DNA of 64,000 nt from Tubulanus polymorphus (Eukaryota > Animalia > Nemertea), in assembly GCF_964204645.1 (NCBI RefSeq), contig NC_134027.1, positions 5,612,485 to 5,676,484 on the forward strand, in the 5' to 3' direction. Made by a program: the position numbers and the translations under genes. Positions 11,262-22,800 of the stretch are shown here, piece by piece. The notes below the pieces were generated by a model. It saw nothing but the letters and a program-made list of their open reading frames with translations. It ran no database searches and was not told where the DNA came from. Numbering within the stretch: position 1 is the stretch's first letter; each line of letters starts with the position of its first letter.

Positions 11262-13833
11262 CTAATGAAGTAGGTATTGTCTTCGTAGCAATGCGAGGTA
11301 GTCATTACTCGATTTTCCATATGAAAGATTGAGCAAACTGTCATCAGCCAATCGAGGTGTTTTTGGTGGATCACTTGGCACTGAAAAACAAATACAAATG
11401 AGATATGAATAGAATATTAATTTAATAACAAACTAGGTCAAGACGACTAGAAAGATAATGTATGTTTTAGTGCAAACTGCGTACCAGATAATCCACTGGT
11501 GATTTAAAATCAGTTGTGTTTGAATCATTGAGGAAATTTATGTTAAGTATCGTTATATGAAACAATATATTGTTATAGAAATTCAAATCAAAATGAATTA
11601 ACGAATTAGAAATAAGAATTAAGGGGTCATTCATTTATTACGTACGCATTAGGGGAGGGGGAGGGGTAAGTGCAATTGCGTAATGCAATGCTTAATGTAT
11701 ATGAAAGAATGGCCGATTTTGCGTACAGAGGGGGAGGGGGGTTGAAAAATTCAGATTTTATACGTAGGTAATAAATGAATGATCCCAAACGAAAAGCACA
11801 CACCAATAAAAAGCCCATAAACAGAACCTTAAATTCGAAATACTTCCGTCGTGTTTAAAATCGTCTTTGAATTGGAGGATTTTAGAAATAAACAGAACAC
11901 GTCTAAAACCAACACCGCATGCCTATACATGAGAATTGCACAATTACCTAACTGTATTACCGCATACATGGCATGCATGCATTTGGTGGCCTAGTAGTAA
12001 TAAGGTTTATGAAGATCGGCATCTGGCCGAACCAAGCAAGACTTACTCGCTTCTAAATGTTTGGCAATACTACGATTGAGTTCATTACGCATTTTATAAG
12101 TAAAATCATTGTTATTATTGGCGAGAGTTGGGCTGAGTTTTCCTGAGCCGACTGGTGACGAGAGCCATCCGTTTTCAATACCCATTGTTGACATAGGACT
12201 CGATCTCATCTTTCTTTCCAGACTGAAAAATGAAAAATACAACTACATACATAATAGATTTCAGCGATTCCTTAACATAACTACAGCGGAGCCTTTGCAC
12301 ATGAGATTGAAATTAAATGAAATTTCCATCGACTTACTTTAATTGTGCCTGTGAATCGCAGGCAATATCATTGACCTTTGTCAAACGATTAGAAAGTTTC
12401 TCTTTGAGCCTCGCTTCATTTTCTACTCTCATTTTCATGCGGTACAATTCAGTGTCTTTCTCTTCCACTTTATTAGCCAGATCGTGGTGGCTCTGACGTA
12501 ATTTAGCCAGTTCTTCCTGAAGTTTCAAAGAAATAAGTATAAAAATACTTTCTTAATAATACTGATATTCTAGTCTGATATTAATGGCCGTGACAGTATA
12601 CAAAACTATACAGTGATACAATGTGCAGTCTTGTTTAGTTTGTTAGTATGTCTCCACAGAAAGAACATGAATTAAATGATCATCACAGATGCTTCACTAC
12701 TGACTACTGTCGAAAAAGCCAATGGTACCAAGCTGTGAATTAGTGCCAATGTAAAAGTCAGCTACAGTTAAAGCAAATGGAGTACTTTTCAGAAAATAGT
12801 AAGAAGATGAATTCACAAGATGCTAACCAAAACTGGAAAGGAAAAAAAGGAAATGTTTGGCTCTGTCACTGATTTACAATCACCAGGTTACTTGAAACAC
12901 AAACAATACAGACAACATGCATGTAACATAAAACAAAAAATGGTACCGTGCATTTAACACAAAACAGCATGATGCTTGGTGGTGCCAGGACATGAACTGG
13001 ACAATACAACTAAACATGTCTTACAGTACATTTTACCTGGATATCTTTTTGTTTGGATTCATATTCGGAACGTAGTTTAGATTCGTTATTAGTACGAATT
13101 GTATCAAGACGTTCACGAGCCTGAGACTGGTCTTCGAGAAATGCATTGACCTCTTCAAGTTTCTGATTGACTTCAAGTCGAGATTTTGTTTCTAATTCGT
13201 TGCGTAATTTGTCTACATCGACGCGATCGACATAGTTAGCAGCAACGTGAGCCTGTAGACATAATATAGAGATGAAGACATACTACTACCTAATTAGGAT
13301 TAATAGTTGATCCAGCGTAGATCAGAGGAAACCTACTATCTAAATGTGCAAAAAGAATTAGCTGATTGAAAGATGAAAGCGGAGTGAAACAAGATTACTG
13401 TTTCATACGTTTTGCATGTTTTGAAATTTTTCAGTAAGCTTTCAGTCAAACTGTAAATTGTATTTTTGCAGCGCTTTTTCTTTAGCAAGGAAGGAAGCAT
13501 TAACAAAAAAATATTGCGAAACAAAAAGGGCAAATCCATATACCAGTACCCAAAAAATGCAAGGTGACTCTTCCTTCCCATGGGATTTTAATGAATACCA
13601 CAGCAGCACCTCTGCAGTTCATTCACCACATCACTGATGCAACATTTGGCCCATAATTATACCTTATGTAATGCGAATTCTTCCTCGACTTTTCGTTTGG
13701 ATTTTTCAAGTTTTTGATATGATTTCTCCAATGATCGTAGTGAGTTCAATTCTTGTTGAAGCTGACGATTTTTCGCTTCTAATCGTTCTTTCTGATCGGT
13801 TTCATTTTGTAACTGATGGTTCACATCATCCAT
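11262..13833 (-). CDS. ANKRD26: ANKRD26-like C-terminal exons: 13663-13833, ~13037-13252, 12338-12516, 12047-12223, 11262-11380
   Basis: DUF3496-like RLEVNQKLEEVNAFLEDQSQARERL; last exon PSDPPKTPRLADDSLLNLSYGKSSNDYLALLRRQYLLH*. Confidence 0.88.
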
Positions 13834-16800
13834 CTAAAACAACATAAACGAAATTGCCAGAAATAATATATATGCGATAGATGAAAAATTCGGACATCAG
13901 AAATTGTCTAATTCCCTAAAGTGGTTGACCTATGGTAATAGAATTTCCAATAAATCCTACGCCCGTCATCATTTATTCATCATACTTTGAAACTATTTCA
14001 ATTCTGGTTGAATAAGTAAATAATTCATTAATGGTTAGCAGACATTTATATGATGGAGTACCGCCTGAATGACAGTTATCTGCAACCAATACCATGGTTA
14101 CACAAATAATATGATATTTTCTGTCGTTAAAACCTGGAATGAAATAGTATGTCAAGCAATTAATACCAGTTGGAAGAGGTTTATGGTTCAGCAAGTCAGT
14201 AAACCATTACGCCAATACTAAAACGACTCGTTTGTTGACAATTTCAATCTATGAAATAGACGGATCGCGCATCAGCAGCACCAATTAGATAATGGGGAAA
14301 ACGGTATCCATCGCTGCCAGGGTGGAGATCGGATTTGAAGAGCTCGGTCAATTCGTAGCAAATTGATACTAGCATAAAATGCAACCAGAAACAGAAGAAC
14401 AAACTGTGAGTAACATTTTAAAAGGATTCTTAGTTAAGTCTACTATAAGGGGTGTGTCTAGAACAGTTCGTTCAGCAACAGTATTTTGGCGGATCGTTTG
14501 GACAGTTGCTGTTTTATCGCTATCTGCTTTAGCGATATATCAAATTCAGGAAGTTACGAAAGTGTATATGAATTTTGAAGCAGAAACTCGGGAATACACA
14601 GATTACGGTGCTGGATTTGAGTTTCCGAGTATCACGGTTTGTAACCAGCAACCACTAAGCAGCGCAGGACGGCGGCTCACGAAGATTGCAAATGATACTC
14701 AAAACTTGCGAAAATTCTACAAAAATGTACGCCATCTGTACGAATCAGCCAGTAGTTTAGAAGAGAGAAATCTATGGGACCAACTTCTGAACATGGCCGG
14801 ATTCTATCAGAATATCAAGCAATCTTCAATACACGATATCGGCCACAAAGCTGATCGTTTTATCTCACGTTGTGAAATTGAAATTATCACTAATAAAGGG
14901 GTAAGAATGGTCAACTGTACAAATGTGAATCACTTCGTTGATGTCAATCACTTTAACTGTTACACAATAGAACCAGAAATCGAAGACGAAGAACTCCAAA
15001 GTAAGACAAGATCGGTCGAACTGGTGTTGTACTTAGATATGTTTGATTTTGAAATCACTGATCTGCTTGCCGAGGACACATCGGCAGTTGTCGGAGCGAA
15101 GCTCGTTCTCCATGAAAATGATGCCTACCCAAATTTTGTCGATGATGCAATACTCGTATCGCACGGAGTCAATCTTTGGGTTAAAGCAGAAACGAACATA
15201 TGGAGCCATTTACCAGAGCCATATGGAAAATGTGATAATGACCTTAGTAAAACAATTCTTAAAACTGAACCCAACAATGAGTACATTTATCGTAGAAATT
15301 TATGCATACTACAGTGTAAACAAAATTACATAATGGCTAAATGCGGGTGTAGATCAGCTATCTATCCAACTCCAATTCATGAATCTGCAACCTTGAAAAA
15401 CAATAGTTTGCCGTTTTGTGGTCATCTGTATGAAAATATTACAAGGACTCATCGAAATCTGAACTGCATGGTTAACAAAAACATCTTCATCGAACGCAAT
15501 CTATTCGATAAGTGTAACTGTAAATTGCCTTGTAACCACGTGACATATAGAGCACAAACGATGCAAACATTCTGGCCCGATCTACCGTACCATTTACCAT
15601 TCTATCATAGGTTCATCAAACATAAATCTTTTGCGGATAAATTTGCCATCTATGAAAATATCACAAAAATAGCCACAGTCGATTTGAAGAAAGCGATGGC
15701 CATGCTACAGGAAAACAACCTTATCCGGTACAACTTTATCAAAGTGACAGTTATTCAGGAGCAGGGTTATGTGAAACGTAATGTAGAGAGTATCAAAGTG
15801 ACATTGCCTTCATTACTCAGTCAAATCGGTGGTACATTGAGTTTATACGTTGGCGTTACAGCAATTGTCGTTGTTGAAGTGTTTGAGCTTCTTTCAAATC
15901 TGTGCAAACACGCCTACTGTAAATTCAAACGAAGTCGGGAGAGACGTATCAATGATGGCAGTAGATGCGATACAATGTTTGGTATGAAATCTGTAACTCA
16001 TCATTGAATACTCATCATTGAATGCTCATCATTGAATACTCATCATTGAATACAATTGTCATTCTATTGGCATATCGGGTATGACAACCTTTTCGAAAAT
16101 ATGCTTCCTATTTTTCTATAACAGTTTCGTAGATAAGGAAGCATGAAAGCAATGTGATTCTCTAGTTTATATGTTTTTGATGATTTATTACACAGGTAAA
16201 AGCTTAGCTTGAAGTAATATGTTAATCACAGCAGTTTCTGTCAAACTATATAGCGACAGTAACATTGTAAAATTCTATGTTACATTGGTTTGGTACATAT
16301 TTAAAGTATCAAAGTTGTTAAGTGTCTATGTCTATATAAAGATGAATCAGGAATTGTACAGTACCAACAGGGCTTCGTTTTGCTCAAAAGTTTTCAATGT
16401 CATCTACCATTATCACAGTATCTCACTCTTTGAGCATTGACCAACATTTGAGCAAGACTGGGCCCAATTACATTTGAGGTATTCGAGTTTATAGATCTAT
16501 CTATTCTAATTGTCAAACTACTGTTATTGAAGAAGTCTAATTCCAATAAATTAACTATTTTCTTCATTAAGCCTAAGTTGTAAATTATTATAGCGAAATA
16601 TTTATTTAAATTACCAAAACTCCACGATCAGCCATTACTGGAATGGATTCAGTGGCAACAATAACATCATCGTTGCCACTGGTGACATCTACTATATTCT
16701 CAACATCGTTCTGTAAATGCATAATCAATTCAAAAAACTTTCAAATTATTACCAATCACAGCTATGAGTTTTTCAACAACTCCAAGCAATGAGTTCAGAA

Positions 16801-19800
16801 ATCAGAACTCATTGTAAAATAAGTAGCAAATCCATTTTTGTAATCATGGTAATATGTATTGCTTTTCTCAAATGCACTACCGGGTATGTGATGAAACTTA
16901 ATGAAACCATTGACAATTAATCGGAATGACAGGTAACCTGATAGATTAGATATATGCATACATTTCATGGTTACCAAGGGCAACTGGTCGAAATACAAGA
17001 ATGAAAAAAAGTTAAAATATAACGCACACTCAACTAAGGGTGGACCTAAAAATACCTGGACACATTTATACACATAACGTTTCCCAAAACCATCAAAGCA
17101 GCAAGTGTAATTTGACACATCGCTTGCTGTTACCATGGCAAGTAATTAATCTTAGCGTTTCAGGGCATTAAGATAACATAAACCAGTATAAACGGTACAT
17201 ATCCAGTCACTTGATGAGTTTATTATCATTTATCATTGCCTGATTACCAAACAGTCATCATCCACATTAAGAGAAATACTTAAAACGAACCTGACGTCGC
17301 AATGAAGATAAGGTGCCTTCCATTGCCATTCGTTCACGGTCGAAATCAGAATGAAGTGTATTTATTCGACTATCACTGGATTCTAATTCCTGAAATTGTA
17401 TATTGTTAGAAATGTAGATTCTATAGAAAAATATCATACCACATAAACGTTTCTATCAGATTATTATACTTACTCGCAATCTTTTTCTAGCTGCCTTTAA
17501 ATGTGTCTTTAAAGTAGCAATTTCTTTCTGGTATTCAGTATTCCTATAAAAACAAGTGAATCAGTAAGTAATCGAAAGAATCAATAATTGTCTAGCGAGC
17601 AAAGAGACTGTATGTAACTCACTTCTCTTGTAAGGCCTCTAATTTTGTTTCTGCAACCTTTTTCAACTCAATCGCTTTCCGAGCTTTGCGTTTTTCCTGA
17701 CAAAACAAATAAGACATTTCAAGACAAGTTCTCAAAACCTGTTTCTTGATCACTATTTTCCCACTTCAGGAATAACCAACTTCTCTGAGTACGTGTAGTT
17801 TGAAACTCACCTCTTCCATTATTGCAGTGGCTTCCTGTTTGGCACGTTCCAACTGAGCAATCTACATAGTTAGAATTCATTGAATGATGCTATCTAAGAA
17901 TAAGCACAGACACTAATACTGACACTGTAACACTAAGGATTTGATACTCACCCTTAAACCTAATTTAGATTTGGATTTTACTTCACTTTCCCACAGATCG
18001 CGATGATCATCTGCTTCCTGCGCCATCACCGTACGATTCAATGTCTCCTCCTAATTCAAGAATATAGTAGTGTTCAATTAATTATATCAGCTGAAGGAGC
18101 AATATGAACTAAACTAGTCTTAGAGCAGTTAATAGAGTCGTCATAGAATTGTCATTTTCTGACCAAACATCAAAAGTCACAAGAATAGATTATAATAATA
18201 AACAAAATATGATTCAAATCAAACGAGTAAGAAAGGAGTTATAAAATCACGGCAAACAAATGCATGCATCAAACAGACTTACACCCAGTTTACTTGATAA
18301 CTGAATATTTGTATCCTTTAAACCTGTGAGCAGTTGTTCTAGGGAATCCCGTACCTGCAAGATTGTGGAAAGGGCAAGGTGAAAGGATTGAGTAGTATAG
18401 ACACATTCAGAAAGGCTGTCAACGATGGCAGTAGCAATCCTTTTTCTTCAGGAAGTGTTTAGATTAGATAGGTTGCCTAGCTATGTGATTTATCTACCAG
18501 CAAATTTACATCAAATCAGCAATTAATAATTCAGGTGATAATTGAGACACAGCAAGGTTATACATCAAGCTTTCGAGGTTCAATAACAACTATTTCCAAT
18601 AGATCTAGATCTTAAAAGTCATGCACTAAGGAAGAATTAGGAGCTGTAGATGATGATTAGACAGCAGGATGGATCGCGAAGCAATTCTGAGTAAAATGCG
18701 GTAAAGTTATAATCATTTGATTGAAGCTTGGATAGGATAGCATATCATTCGCTAATAAGAATAAGAGATTTTTCATACCCGGTTTGAATCTCTTAATTCA
18801 CGTTGTAACATATCAGCTCGCGCGACTTCATGTTCCAGCGACGATTCCAACCGGGCGTTTTTCACTTCGAGCTGATGGATTTGATCTTCCTTCTCACCCT
18901 GAAATAGAAATTACATCATCAATGATAAACTTGAATTGAATTTTACACCGGTCACATCACTGTAGTTGTTCCACTAATTCATTCATTTACCTTATTTCTT
19001 GAGACTTGCTCCACATTAGCAGTAGATGAGGCTAATTGTTGCGCGGCTAACTGAGCGTTTCTCTCAGTACGATCAACGCGATCAACCATTTCAGCAATTT
19101 TAACCTGTGCTTCCGCTTGTTTTTCCGTCGCTGTTTGCAGACGCCCCTGCAGTTTCTCAACTTCCTGACGAAGCATGATCTTTTCATGGTCAATTCCATC
19201 TTTAGCCTATCAGACGAAATCATCATTTGAATTCAACTATTCTTATTCTAATACGAAAGACTGCTACTGATATGTTCATCTCATTCATACCTTTGAACTT
19301 AGTTCGACAGCTGCCTCGGCTTTTGACAGTTTTTGTAGAGTATTATTGTATTCTTGCTGTAGATTTTTCATTTCGAGTTCGAGGTGACTGCGTTTCATAT
19401 CCGAATTCCGTTGATCGTCGCGTTGTTTTTCCAGTGATTCCAACAACTTAGTGTTTTTCTCTTCAAGAGCGAATCGTGTTTTGTCGTAGTCTGCTCGAAT
19501 TTGATTGAGTAATTCGGCGAATCGCTCCTGAACTTCGATCGCCGATCTCTCTTTAAGCGATGAATCGCTTTGCATCGCATCTAAGCTCTGTTTCAAAGCT
19601 ATGTTTTCGTGTTGCAACAGAGTTAACTGCTCTTGAAGACCTTCTAACTTTGTTTGACATTTAACTAGTTCAGTCTATCAGCAAAAGACAAAGAAGTGAA
19701 CAGGTTATTGATTAATCTTCATTAACTTCTTTTACTCAGTAGTGCTTTCACGTACCTTCTCTTTTCTAAGTATTATTTCTTGACTATCAATAGAACTGCG

Positions 19801-22800
19801 TCTGTGGTCCAATTCTTTCTGTAGACTACCAAGCATATTTGTTTTCTCCAATAATGATACATTTCTTACTCCCAACTATACAAAAGAAATACACATAATC
19901 AGGAGACTTCATTGTTTCTTTCACTCATAAAAGTCTTCTGTTGCCTTACAAACCTCACTTTCCAGAGTTGACAACTTTGTCTCCGCCACACCAACTCTTT
20001 GAGATAAGCTCTGAAAATAATCATCCATATCTTTTTAATTAGAATTTAAGCAAAAGAAATGTTGAATAAATCATTAAGTATGGTCTTTTTTAGAATGACA
20101 TGGTATAGCTTAGAAACAAATCAAGATAACGCATTAATACTTTTTTGTTTTTCTGTCCGATGACTTTTCTTATTAATTGAAAGATGGATTATTGTTGATG
20201 AGAACCGATTAAGTTCTTTCCCCACAAATGAGCTAGGTTTATGAAAATCCGATGATAATAAAGTATAAATAGACAGGTCCAAATAGACATCAATAAAATA
20301 GACGCAAGTAAATCCAACACCATCAGACTCCACACCACAAAGACTGATAAAGGCATTGATTGAAGGAGAAATGCCAAACTGCCCAAAACATTCAAACTAA
20401 GGAATCTGCAGGAACTCACTAATGGATATCACACTAAATATGCAATCTGCTGGTATGGAAAAATGATTGTCACAATTATTCATCTGTTCCAAGGTAGCGG
20501 TAGATGTCAAGCATTTAAGCACTGGCCAAGAATATTTTTCAAATTTCATTCCATCTAATATGCAACTTAACATTTGTATTCAGGACTAAGTCATAAGATA
20601 CCATAAGTCAAGAGAATGAGAAAAATTTACCTCATCACAAACATCCTTCATTAGAAATATATACACACAATTTGTATGATTAATCACTTGATTTTACTAC
20701 ATCATAAAATCATCTAAATTTTCGTTTTGCTAGGAATAAATACCATATTTAGTTCTTTCACATTGGAAAGCTCAGCATCTTTCTTCTCCATCAATCGGTT
20801 CCACTCTTCTCGATCCTTCTGTAGATTTCTACGAATTGCGAAGGAATCATCTCAACATCACGCATTAATAATTGGAAAATACTTCTACGAATGTAATAAG
20901 CGTAAATAAGCATACCTTTCAATTTCAGTTCGGGCGTTTTGAGATTTTTCAAATTCGCTATTAGCTGTCTGTAATCTTGCTTTTAATGAGTCAACCTAAA
21001 ATAAAACAAGAATATTGAAATTTCAACATTTAAAGAAAATTTATCATAGACGATGTTGCTACTAAGTAGTTACTGTTCTCACCTCAGACTCCAATTTTTC
21101 TCTAATCAGCCGTTCTTTCTCTAAACTAGATGACAAACGTGTGTTATCAGCTTTCAGAGTCCCAACTTGCATATTATATTGCATAGAAGCCTGTGCCAGA
21201 GCCTCTTCATTTAATTTCTGGAATTTGCAACAGAAAACCATAAAGTAGGGTGGGTTTCACCAAATGTTCATATCATTGAAATGTGTTCATGGTAGGGATG
21301 CTTACTATTTCATTTTTAAGATCTTCAATGCGACTTTGGAGTTCTTCGTTTTCCTGAGTGAGTAGATTATGATCGTCTTTTAATCGTGTTTTTGTACGAT
21401 CCAGTTCAAGCTGAAAAATCAATTTATGAATATGGCTAAAGCAGTTTGTAAACACAAAGTAATCAAATACAGGAACAAAATTCTACAGCGACAATAAATC
21501 AATACAAAGAGCTCGAATCAACAAGTAACTGTTGCATTAAATGAGAACCAATTATTTCAAGTCAGCATTTCCTTTGACAAGGAGCTAAACTGATAAACTG
21601 AAAACTAAACTGATAAACAACTGCAAAATCAGTGATCAAGAGCAGTTAACTCTATTGCAAACTCACAGCTAAATCAGTGATAATTTTTTCAAATGATAAG
21701 TTTTGTTCAGCAGTTGCGACCTGTACAGAGTGTATGACATATTAGCAGTATTTATAGATGTTATTTCATGCAGTAAGCCATCCAGTATTTGTACCTTTAA
21801 TGCACTGAGTTCAGCCTTTAGTTTAGTTGTGTCCTCAGATTGTATTTCATATGGAGCTTCATGACTGAATGGGCCACTTGATGTAGGCGGTGCACTGTTC
21901 AGACCAATAGTTTGCTGTAGTTTGATTTGGTCTTCGTTTATCTGCTCTTGTAACTGTCGACTGCTTTTCTCATGGGTTAACTGCCTCAGAATGTCCTCTT
22001 TTTCATCTTCCAACTGAAATAAGAATGATGGATTATGAACATGTATAACTGTTAGACGAGAAGATACACAATATCCGTGTATGAGATGACGAGAGAAATC
22101 CCACAATAACGAAGCCAAGATTGAAAAATTCTATATCAGAATGATTATATTTGAGGAGCGATGTTTCGGCTGACAACTGTTAGCCATCATCAGGAGTATG
22201 CCTGATGATGGCTAACAGTTGTTAGCCGATACGTCTAACGTCGATGTATTACTGTATGTGCAGTAACATGTACAGACACATGTACATGTACAGGTGACCT
22301 ATTCACCGGTACCTGTTTTATAGTCGACTGAGCTGTACGAAGTTCCATCTGATAATTACGCATGCTCAACTCCAATTTCTGCTTTTCTTCAACTTCCCTG
22401 TAAAATGAGAGTTAGATATTGTATCAATACATGCTCAAGAATAATGCATGTCTTATTGATCTGATCACAAAAGAATGGTTCACTTCTGCTTACACCGTGT
22501 ACTGTTCTTCCTTTCTTTGTAACTGTTCTTTAGTCTTCTGAAGAACAGTTTCAGCGCTCTTTCGTTTTTCAACTTCTTCATTAAGTTGGTAACTACAATG
22601 AAGTTAGAGAAAACAATACAATGATTTATCCATTTTATATAGGCAAAATGGAAGTGACAGCACGACAGATGTAGTATAACACAAAACTAACACTTGGCCC
22701 ATACAACATGCAATATTGCTATTACAAATGGTTGCCATTCATAAATCATTCATGCCGAGATGATAACCACTAGACTAGAAATTGAAACAGATGTTGAGAA

